Program-made: the position numbers and the translations under genes
Shown here: positions 13,733-23,632 of the stretch, one piece after another
Layout of the letters: each line of letters opens with the position of its first letter
Numbering within the stretch: the stretch's first letter is position 1
Notes under the pieces: model-generated
Database searches by the model: none
Seen by the model: the letters and a program-made list of their open reading frames with translations, nothing else
Told to the model about the DNA's origin: nothing
Assembly (NCBI GenBank): GCA_002269645.1
Contig: NIVC01000334.1
Coordinates: 62,001-126,000, forward strand
From: Macrostomum lignano
Lineage: Eukaryota
Direction: 5' to 3'
Length of the DNA: 64,000 nt

Positions 13733-14250
13733 AATCACTAGAGTCGCTCCAGAGTCACTTGAGCCGCTCCAGAGTCACTTGAGCCGCTCCAGAGTCACTA
13801 GAGTCGCTCCAGAATCACTAGAGTCGCCCCAGAGTCACTTGAGTCGCCCCAGAATCACTAGAGTCGCTCCAGAATCACTAGAGTCGCTCCAGAATCACTA
13901 GAGTCGCCCCAGAATCACTAGAGTCGCTCCAGAATCACTAGAGTCGCCCCAGAATCACTAGAGTCGCTCCAGAATCACTAGAGTCGCTCCAGAATCACTA
14001 GAGTCGCCCCAGAATCACTAGAGTCGCCCCAGAGTCACTAGGGTCGCTCCAGAATCACTAGAGTCGCTCCAGAGTCTCTTTAGTCGCTCAAGAATCACTA
14101 GAATCGCCCCAGAGTCACTAGAGTCGCTCCAGAATCACTAGAGTCGCTCCAGAATCACTAGAGTCGCCCCAGAGTCACTTGAGTCGCTCCAGAGTCACTA
14201 GAGTCGCTCTAGAGTCACTAGAGTCGCTCCAGAGTCACTAGAATCGCCCC
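13733..14250. repeat. 20-bp minisatellite (gagtcgctccagaatcacta)
   Basis: Direct reading. Confidence 0.95.
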
Positions 14251-14669
14251 GGAGCCGACTAATTTTGAGTATTAAAAAGCATTTAATACAAAACATTCTA
14301 GGCAATAAATTATATACAAAATCCATTTACGGCATCAGAATAAAAGTCTCAAACATGCTACTACGAGCGTATAAGTAGAACCTAAAAGTCTATCTAAATG
14401 TATGCACAACATCGACAAAACAAAGCATTAATACGGCACTGGCAGTTTAAACTGAGGACACTACAAGCTTAGCTTAAAAGGAAGCATATATGAGACAATG
14501 TCAGTCAATAACAGATAAATATACTGCAATTTGAATGTCAGGGTTTTGTCATAGTAACAGGGACAAAACGATAACTACACGTAAACAGCTTCAGCTAATC
14601 AGACAGTAGGGAATTTATGTCATTAATATTCAATAACTTGACGGATAAATGCCGGTCTTAACTTTACTG

Positions 14670-15470
14670 ACCAATCAGAGAGCAACAGGCCTTCATTCCA
14701 ACCAATAAGAAAACAGTGAGACTCCAATTTTCCAACCAATCAGAGAGCAGCAGGCCTCCATTCCAACCAATCAGAGAGCAGCAGGCCTCCATTCCAACCA
14801 ATCAGAAAGCAGTGGATTCCATTCCAACCAATCAGAGAGCAGCAGGCCTCCATTCCAACCAATCAGAGAGCAGCAGGCCTCCATTCCAACCAATCAGAGA
14901 GCAGCAGGCCTCCATTCCAACCAATCAGAGAGCAGCAGGCCTCCATTCCAACCAATCAGAGAGCAGCAGGCCTCCATTCCAACCAATCAGAAAGCAGTGG
15001 ACTCCATTCCAACCAATCAGAGAGCAGTGGGACTCTAATATTGCAACCAATCGGAGAGCAGCTGGACTCCAATATTGCAACCAATCAGAGAGCAGCTAGA
15101 TTCCAATATTGCAACCAATCAGAGAGCAGCTGTACTCCAATATTGCAACCAATCGGAGAGCAGCTGGATTCCAATATTGCAACCAATCGGAGAGCAGCTG
15201 GACTCCAATATTGCAACCAATCGGAGAGCAGCTGGACTCCAATATTTCAACCAATCGGAGAGCAGCTGGACTCCAATATTGCAACCAATCGGAGAGCAGC
15301 TGGACTCCAATATTGCAACCAATCGGAGAGCAGCTGGACTCCAATATTGCAACCAATCGGAGAGCAGCTGGACTCCAATATTGCAACCAATCGGAGAGCA
15401 GTATGACTCCAATATTTCAACCAATCAGAGAACAGCGGGACTCCATTCCAACCAATCAGAGAGCAGCAAA
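14670..15470. repeat. CCAATC-containing minisatellite: 31-bp units grading into 34-bp units
   Basis: ccaatcagagagcagcaggcctccattccaa, then ccaatcggagagcagctggactccaatattgcaa; abuts the MXRA7-like stop codon. Confidence 0.95.
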
Positions 15471-16576
15471 CTAAGAATAGAGTCGCATCTGGCTGCGCAC
15501 TTCATTCAGAGAAGCTTCAGGCGGCAGTTCGCCGCCAGCCTCGCCGCCCTGCCGTTCAGCCAGGATGCCGCAGATCTGCCTCAGCTGGTCCATCACGGCG
15601 TCCCGCTCGAGTTGCAGCTCCTCCTCCGACAGGCTTTGGAGAATTTTTGTCTGCTCGGCGCGTTTCAAACTGCCGGGAAGGTGAGTGAATGGGACAGCAT
15701 CTGCGGCTGCCACCTGTTGCTGCTGCTGCCCCATCTCACTGGCTCCTGCATCCTCAGCGCTGACTGACTTGGCTGCCTGGTCTGATGAGGTGCGGGAGAA
15801 TTAGGGTGGGTTGCTAATCTAATCTACATATAATGGATTGCTAATCTACTCTGCAATGGATTTCTGATGGATTGCTAGTCTAGAATGGATTGCTAGCCTA
15901 GATAGGATTGCTAACCTAGAATGGATTGCTAGCCTAGAATGGATTGCTAGCCTAGAATGGATTGCTAGCCTAGAATGGATTGCTAGCCTAGAATGGATTG
16001 CTAACCTAGAATGGATTGCTAGCCTAGATAGGATTGCTAGCCTAGATAGGATTGCTAGTCTAGATAGGATTGCTAGTCTAGATAGGATTGCTAGTCTAGA
16101 ATGGATTGCTAGCCTAGAATGGATTGCTAACCTAGAATGGATTGCTAGCCTAGAATGGATTGCTAACCTAGAATGGATTGCTAACCTAGAATGGATTGCT
16201 AACCTAGAATGGATTGCTAGCCTAGATAGGATTGCTAGTCTAGATAGGATTGCTAGCCTAGAATGGATTGCTAGCCTAGAGTGGATTGCTAGTCTAGAAT
16301 GGATTGCTAGCCTAGAATGGATTGCTAACCTAGAATGGATTGCTAGCCTAGAATGGATTGCTAGTCTAGAATGAAAGCCAGTCTCATCGAAGCGGGCTAA
16401 GCACCGTTTGCTCGCGCGCTGTAAGCCGCCGCCTCGGCCGCCCAGCGGGCCGTCAGCTGGCGCCGCCTCATCAGCTGCTGCGCCAGGGTGGCCAGCAGGC
16501 AGGCCAGCACGGCGGTCAGGCCAATCAGCACAGCCTGGGTGGTCCCCTCAGCTTCGTAGAGCCCGCCGCCAGTCAT
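15471..16576 (-). CDS. MXRA7: MXRA7-like single-pass membrane protein, 2 exons (16576-16405, 15781-15471), 160 aa
   Basis: Exon 1 has a TM segment (AVLIGLTAVLACLLATLA). A phase-1 join AAC G|AC CAG gives a continuous ORF. C-terminus FTHLPGSLK...LSEEELQLE...QLRQICGIL...EVRSQMRLYS resembles the MXRA7 conserved tail (FKYSPGKL...TKEELEEE...QLAAIFKLM...DVQEQLRLY), recalled from memory. Confidence 0.72.
15860..16372. repeat. 18-bp intronic minisatellite (gaatggattgctagccta)
   Basis: Fills most of the MXRA7-like intron. Confidence 0.95.
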
Positions 16577-16904
16577 TTTAATGGAGAAATCTGAAAAATC
16601 AATAAAATATACGAGATACTTACTGTATTCGCTACTTATAGTAAGCGAATGATGAAATATTTTAATGAATGGAGACATACACCAATTGGCTATTTTCATG
16701 GAAGAAAAAATCGAATTAGATCTGTTATATTTTGGTATATTTATATGTCTATATGTTATATATGTCTGAATGACTTATAACTAACCTTCATCAAGCAATA
16801 GCTAAATTCAAGTATTCACAGTGAGCTGGAGTAACTATGAAACATGTTTAACATTAAGAAGTACTTTAGGAGCACGCAACAAATTTATGAGTAAATCGAG
16901 TACT

Positions 16905-17075
16905 TAGTTAGTACGCATGTACTTTGCAAGTACGCATGTACTTTGTTAGCACGCACGCACTTTGTAACTACGCATGAACTTTTAAATTACGTATGGAGTT
17001 TGTAAGTACGGATGTACTATACAAGTACGGATGTTCTTTCTAAGTACACGAGTACTTTAAAAGAACTAATGCTAT
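16905..17075. repeat. Degenerate ~19-20 bp repeat (gtacgcatgtacttt) between SDR39U1 and MXRA7-like
   Basis: Direct reading. Confidence 0.75.
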
Positions 17076-17110
17076 AAAAAGTTCGGTTTGCACTAAATCA
17101 AATGCAGACT

Positions 17111-18679
17111 TTAAGAGCCAAACAAATCTCGCATAGCCTCGCGCAGGTCAACGAATCGAAACTGATAGCTGGTCTCCAGAGTGCGCCGGGGCGAAACGAA
17201 CGCACCGTCAGTGAGAACGCCGGCCCGCTCGGTGCCGAACATCAACCGGACGACAGCGGCAGGCGTCGTCAGCAGAGCCGGACGTCGCAGACTGGCAGCC
17301 AGAGCGGCGGCCAGTTCAGCGTTGGTGTTGAGGGCCGGCGCCACGGCGTTAAGCACGTCGGAATTGAATGACGGCGTCGGAGGCGGCAGGTCGGCCAGCA
17401 GGGCGTGCTCAAGGACGCCAACAGCGTCGCTGATGTGCACCCAGGCGACGGGCTGACGTCCGCTGCCGGTCGGACCGCCGATGCCCAGACGGAACGGCCA
17501 GGCCATACTGGCCAGGGCGCCACCGTCGCGGCCGAGGGCGACGCCCATGCGGACGGCGATTTGGCGAGTGTCGCCGGCAGCGGCAGCTGCTGCTTCTGTT
17601 GATTTTGCGGCCCCCTCGAACACGGCGGCCTCGATGCTGGCGCAGAGCCGGCCGGCCAGGCTGGGGTCCGGCGGCCCTGCGTAGGACTCGTCGAACACGG
17701 GCGGCGGGTCGGCGCGCATCTGGGCGGAGCGACGGGTTGATCGGGGTTTAATGTATGGGATTAGATCCTAGATATGGGAATATAATGACATGGAAATTTG
17801 GGACCAGAAATAGTAAAATTGGGGAAATTAATTAAGTATTTGCAACTTAAATTACATGGAATTCGATAATTGGCGAGATTAGTTGATGGAAATTAGTAAA
17901 AGTTAGGATCTCAAGATAGGGATCTCAATTGATGGGGATCTCAATTGATGGGGATCTCAATTGATGGGGATCTCAATTGATGGGGATCTCAATTGATGGG
18001 GATCTCAATTGATGGGGATCTCAATTGATGGGGATCTCAATTGATGGGGATCTCAATTGATGGGGATCTCAATTGATGGGGATCTCAATTGATGGGGATC
18101 TCAATTGATGGGGATCTCAATTGATGGGGATCTCAATTGATGGGGATCTCAATTGATGGGGATCTCAATTGATGTGGATCTCAATTGATGGGGATCTTGA
18201 TGGGATCTCAATTAAAAAGTATTCTTAGGATAGGGAACTCAAGATGGTGATCTCAAGATGGACTCTCTACTCACAGATGACGGGTAGTAGCCAACAGCTG
18301 ACACGCCGACAAGGCGACTGGGCGGTTTCGGTCTGACAGCGGCGGCCGCGGCGGCCAGGCACCGAATCCGGCCGATGCGACTGTCGAACAGCTCGCTCAC
18401 GTAGCGCCTGTAGGCCACCGTCGACAGCCGCAGCGCCGGCGCCGCGTCCAGGATGCTCCGACCGGACAGATTGCACACCAGCTCGACTCCGTCAGGCAGG
18501 CCGCAGCGCTCGACCTCCGGCCAAGTCAGCGCGTCCTGCTGGCGGGCGTCGCCGGCGCCGCGACTCCTGTCGACGGTGACTACCCGGTGGCCGGCGGAGC
18601 GGAGGCTGCGCACCAGGTAGCGCCCGATGAAGCCGCTGGCGCCGCCGACGGCTATGACAGATGGCCGGACGCTGGGAGA
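17111..18679 (-). CDS. SDR39U1: SDR39U1 / TIGR01777-type NAD(P)-binding epimerase family protein, exons 18679-18275 and 17719-17111; no genomic ATG
   Basis: Rossmann motif VIAVGGASGFIG; VSAVGYYPS; RMGVALGRDGGALASMAWPFRLGIGGPTGSGRQPVAWVHISD; LNAVAP; GAFVSPRRTLETSYQFRF. Phase-0 intron TCT|GTGAGT...cccag|ATG. Confidence 0.9.
17925..18210. repeat. 16-bp intronic minisatellite (gatggggatctcaatt)
   Basis: Direct reading, inside the SDR39U1 intron. Confidence 0.95.
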
Positions 18680-18914
18680 CTGCGGGGAGGGAGGAAGAAC
18701 GAGAGCGTCAAAGTAGTGGCAGGTCAACTGGGGTCACCCGGTGTGGAAAAAAAACTTTGGAAAAAGTGTAAAAATACTCACGACCCAGGTCAGGTAAGGT
18801 CAGTATTCAGGTCACGATTTACGGTTTATTTTAAGGAATCCCTATACAGAGTCATCTAAGGTCATACTACTAGGGTCGCCTAAGTTTACATTATTAGGGT
18901 CATTTTTATTACAC

Positions 18915-19090
18915 CGACAGATCAGCCGCAGCTATTGCGTGGCGCATCTGAAGGCTGCGTACGGCTGTTCAGTCCAAGGACTGGGGAGGGGGTCACCACA
19001 CACAGCCTCAATTACCCCAGCTAATCCTGGTACCAATTTTACAGCTGGGTCGTGAGTCCGACGCTCTAATCACTTAGGCTACAATCCCTT
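18915..19090 (-). mobile_element. Truncated tRNA-derived SINE-like element
   Basis: Minus strand starts gtagcctaagtgattagagcgtcggactcacgaccc (A-box / tRNA 5' half-like), followed by a body with cagctgtaaaattggtaccaggattagct; no B box seen. Confidence 0.45.
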
Positions 19091-19139
19091 AGGCCTTAGG
19101 GCCTTCTAAAACCACACTATTCAGTGTTATCTAATGTTA

Positions 19140-19345
19140 CACTGTCCAGGGTCATTTAAGGTCACACTATCCAGGGTCATCTAAGGTCAATTCTATTCAG
19201 GGTCATCTAAGGTCATTCTATTCAGGGTCATCTAAGATCACACTGTCTAGGATCATATAAGGTCGGTAATACTATTAAGGGTCATCTAAGGTCATTCTTT
19301 TCAGGGTCATCTTAAATCACACTATTTAGGGTCATCTAAGGTCAG
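19140..19345. repeat. ~25-bp degenerate minisatellite (agggtcatctaaggtcattctattc)
   Basis: Direct reading. Confidence 0.85.
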
Positions 19346-19944
19346 CATGTTGAGCGATTGGATACCATTCTATTAAAAGTGAAAAATATCAAACATTCTA
19401 TAGATAGGCAAAGTTATTCCCAAAAAGCAACACAAGAAGCTTATCCAATTCCTTTAGCCTTTGCTATAAAATATAACTTTGGATTTATTGTTTTAACCCG
19501 ATCGAAAGAAAACATAGCAGAAAAAATAGCTAAATATTTTAAGAGCCATGAGGTGCAAAAGTGACCTTAAAATGCGGTTAAAGTGCATTAGGTACGAAAG
19601 GTAAACATTGCCTGTTTTAGGATGAATTTGACTAAAAAGCTGTTTATAATGGCATTGGCAATGATAAAGTCAAATACCGGTATGTTAAAAGTATCAATAT
19701 ATAAACTTGCACACTTTTCTGGATTTAACATCGCACCACTATCAAACACCTGTGTTTCTTTGCCTCTATATCGATGCTAACAAACAGTATTGACAGAAAA
19801 ATAAGTGACTTGGTAAGCGTTTTATGACTCTTAGTTAATAAGGCAGGCCACTTCAAATTGGCTTGAATTAGCAGCTTACTTTCTTTGTTTACTATAGCAA
19901 CGAGAATATTAGATATTAAGACATGAAAACCAGCATAGTCGATA

Positions 19945-20141
19945 GTTGCCATGGAAACAAGCAGATTAGTTGGTTACAGACAGTTTTGAGTTACTATGGC
20001 AAAAAAACATACTAAAGAGTTACCATGGTAACAAACATCCTAGAGCTACCATGGTAACAAACATACTATAGAGTTACCATATGGCAACGAACATCCTAGT
20101 CGCTACCATAGAGGAAAAAATTAACCGGTTGCCATGGCAAC
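19945..20141. promoter_or_regulatory. Cluster of RFX-type X-box palindromes
   Basis: GTTGCCATGGAAAC 19945, GTTACTATGGCAAA 19990, GTTACCATGGTAAC 20019, GCTACCATGGTAAC 20045, GTTACCATATGGCAAC 20073, GTTGCCATGGCAAC 20128. Confidence 0.6.
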
Positions 20142-20177
20142 AGCCCGATTCCCATAGAATCACCAGCAGGCCGCAAG

Positions 20178-21253
20178 TCACTCCAGTTCGCCAACTAGAA
20201 AATCGCGAACCAAAGACAACGCCTTGGCCCGATGAGAAATTGTGTTCTTCACTTCCGGCACCATCTGGGCGAATGTCTCGTGAAATCCGTCCGGCTTGAA
20301 TATCGGGTCCCAGCCGAATCGATTGTCGCCGGCCGGCTTGTCCGCTATGGAGCCCGGACACACTCCGGCGAAAACCTTCACCTCCTGGCCGGGCCCGCGA
20401 CTGTAGGCGAACACGCAGCGAGCCTCGGCCGACTTGTCCGGGAATGCGGCCAACAGTTTGGGCAGGCCGTCCGGGCCCAGAGCGTCCAGGAACCACTTGA
20501 TGTACACCCCCGGTAGGCCGCCCAGGGCGTTGAAGCACAGGCTGGTGTCCTCAACCAGCACAGGGCCGCCGACTCGCTCGGCCGCTAGGCGGCACTTTTC
20601 GCGGGCCACCTGCACACGGAATGAGGTTAGGCATGGGCTCGTTTAATGGGATTCTGATCGCCCCCTACAGAACCCATCTGGTTGCTATGCCCAATACAGT
20701 GTCTTTATCTGGTTGCTATGCCAAATACAGTGTCTTTATCTGGTTGCTATGCCAAATACAGTGTCTTTATCTGGTTGCTATGCCAAATACAGTGTCTTTA
20801 TCTGGTTGTTATGCACCTTACAGTGTCTTTATCTGGTTGCTATGCCAAATACAGTGTCTTTATCTGGTTGCTATGCACCTTACAGTGTCTTTATCTGGTT
20901 GCTATGCACCTTACTGTGTCTTTATCTGGTTGTTATGCCCCCACAGTGTCTGTAGCTGGTTGCTATGCCCCCTACAGTGTTTGTATCTGGTTGCTACGCC
21001 CCTTACAGTACATTTTTCTGGTGGCTATGCACTATGCAGTGTTTTATGTGGTTGCCACCCAATTCCAGCTCTACATTTACAGCAGTTCATGTCTCACCAT
21101 CTCAGGCAAGCCTTGCAACTCTGGCAAATCAATATCCTTATTAACAACTCTGTCTGACAATCCGGCAGTTAGTAGGATGCTATTTAACTCGCGCAGTTTG
21201 TTTGGATTGCCTGTAACAAAGGTGACTAGCTTGATCTTGCCAGATGTGGCCAT
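20178..21253 (-). CDS. ITPA: Inosine triphosphate pyrophosphatase (HAM1 family), 2 exons (21253-21098, 20609-20178), 195 aa
   Basis: [67 protein letters not shown]. Phase-0 intron ATG|GTGAGA...tgcag|GTG. Confidence 0.96.
20670..21060. repeat. 31-32 bp intronic minisatellite (atctggttgctatgccaaatacagtgtcttt)
   Basis: Fills the ITPA intron. Confidence 0.92.
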
Positions 21254-22439
21254 TTATTTGAGAGTAGCATAAAAGTTTAATAAATAGTTTGATGTTTAAT
21301 TTGATTAAGATTTCAAAATTGAAGTTTTATAAGTGTCTACAGTAGTTACTAACTGTCTAGTTAGACTATGTTGTTATGTGTTGATTGGCTGTACAATTTA
21401 ATCTAAATTCATAATTAGTCAACTATTGACTACACATTAATTGAGTTGAGGTGTTGGCTTGCCCTCCCCCAAAGTAAAGTATAGGGCCATGACCCTCTCT
21501 CCTAGAAAAAACATTAGAATATTTGATATTTGACAGGACTTTCCAATTCAGTTAAAGTTTTGAACTCGCTACACTGGTAGCCATTCTAAGCATTGGTTAA
21601 TAAGTATATTATAAGTAGCATAAAACTTGAGAGTGGATTGTTTTGCATTGAATAATCACTGGTTACATATTAGCCTCTATGTTGCCACATTAGCCTGTTA
21701 GCAAATCTTATCCTGAATCAGTTTCATGCTTTTCAGAATGAAGCTGACTGACATGGTAAGATGTAAGTCAGAATATTATATAATTTGACTCTCAGCTTCT
21801 TGTCAGAAGTTCATCTTGATATTTGTAGATGATTCAGCTAATATAAAATTTTATCATGGATTCATAAAAGTGCATTGATCATCAAAACTTTCATGTTGAA
21901 ATAAGTTAGCCAATAGGCTCTGCATACCAGGTAGTTGCAAATGTTGTGATATTTGTTTATAGGGCCTATATTATAAAATAAACAATAATAAAATTAAAGA
22001 AATGAATTAATTAATAAACAAATAATGTTGAAATGTTAAATGTTAAATATTAAAATGAATGTCTTGCTTTCCAGCCATGTCTTGCACAATGCATGTATAT
22101 TTGCATAATTCATTGAAAATTATCTTTAAAATATATAATTATTGGCTCAAATGCAAAGGCAAACCAATAAGGCATAAATAATAGTTGTTGTATATTCAAA
22201 ATTATTTTCCCATACATCAAAAAATTAGCACTATCAAAAAGAAACATTCTATAATTGATAATGCAATTAAAATAATTTTCAAAAATGCCAACTAAAAAAT
22301 GAACTTAGGTAGGATATTCAATATACTTTATCTATTATATTATGTTAGCCAAAATCACTAATTGAATTGACTTTTGGTAAAAGGGTTTTGGTAAATCAAC
22401 TTTTGGCAGAAAGTTTTTCAGCAAATCATCTAGGCCTAG

Positions 22440-23120
22440 TATTCAATGAATACAATCCACTTTGGTAACAGCCATTTTGGTAACAGCCACTTCGGTAACA
22501 AAAAATGAACACTTTGATAACTGCCACTTTGATAACAAAGCAGATTTACATCTGTCAACACTTTATTTTTATATTAATTAGGTTTAGCAAAAATTAGTTT
22601 AATAATTAACATCTCAAATATCTTATTGCACATATTGTTAAACTTTCTAGTTAAACTGTATTATACTTTGTTTAAACTTGCACAGTAAACTTTATGAAAA
22701 ATTTAAAGGCAAAAAAAATTAAGCAAAGCAAGCTCCCATACATACATTGAAATTGAAAAAATTAAATAATTAATGAAGAAAAAAGTAGATTCTGTAATTT
22801 TAAGTCACTATTTGCTAACTAGATCAGAGATTCCAATGTACACAGTATACAAAATTTGGCCAATTTTAGGATGTCTTGGGTGCATGAAATCTGACTCATC
22901 CAGAAATTAAAATAGATTGGTTAACTTAAAACACTTTAAAAACAAGTTAAACACATGCAGGTACGCATGTGTTGTGTCATTCTTTCTTTAAAGTTTGTTT
23001 GCACATCCTTTTAGAGGCATCAGAGCATATCAAATAATGCATATTATATTATTCTCATTTGTTACCAAAGTGGCTGTTACCGAAGTCAAAGTGGACTGTT
23101 ACCGGATTCAGCAGAATTGT
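22440..23120. mobile_element. MITE-like element with inverted arrays of ccacttYggtaaca
   Basis: Left ccactttggtaacagcc...acttcggtaacaa (~22465-22502) is mirrored by ttgttaccaaagtggctgttaccgaagt (~23059-23086); both ends lie near taggccta. Confidence 0.5.
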
Positions 23121-23632
23121 CTTAGGCCTAATTGCTAGTTATAAGATTGTTGTCAAACATTTTCATTGACTTTAATATGCATACATAGGCTACACAATAT
23201 ACCTATATTTATAACATTCTTGCAAATATTTAGGCTTATATTATTCTCAATAATAGTTGTGCTCAGATACACTTGAACTGAAGATAAACCCAAAAATTCA
23301 TATTATACTAGGCCCTATGTACTATCTAATATAGCCGTATAGGTAATAGGCCTAGGCGTAATAACTTAGTTAAATAAGTGCTTGGGCTCATAGATTCACA
23401 GACTACAGAGAAATAGCAACTCTTAGATTGAGTAATCTTCACCATATTTTCCACAGTCTACAAGCTATGTCTAGCACTAAACTGACGAGTAAATTTATGG
23501 TTCATTAAAGCTGCAGGTTTAGAAGATAAAACAGAATTGTGTTGGAATTTAGGAGCCGCATGCTACGAAAAACTTTTTGTTTCTATGAAAATGTAAAATT
23601 TAATTGAACTCTTTAGGGTCTGTATAAAAGCA

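Noticed and set aside
14716-15474. Multiple overlapping ORFs (QPIGEQ..., NQSESS...)
   Set aside because: Translations of the 31/34-bp minisatellite; unit lengths are not multiples of three.
18781-19952. Cis-spliced ATG-bearing first exon for SDR39U1 (ORF 19952 with donor at 19879; donor at 18781)
   Set aside because: The 19952 ATG reaches its donor in phase 1, while the available acceptors are phase 0 (18679, 18727) or phase 2 (18671). Sequence upstream of the 18781 donor has stops in both compatible frames and no ATG.
20621-21272. Plus-strand Cys/Leu-rich ORFs
   Set aside because: Antisense translations of the ITPA intronic minisatellite and exon 1.
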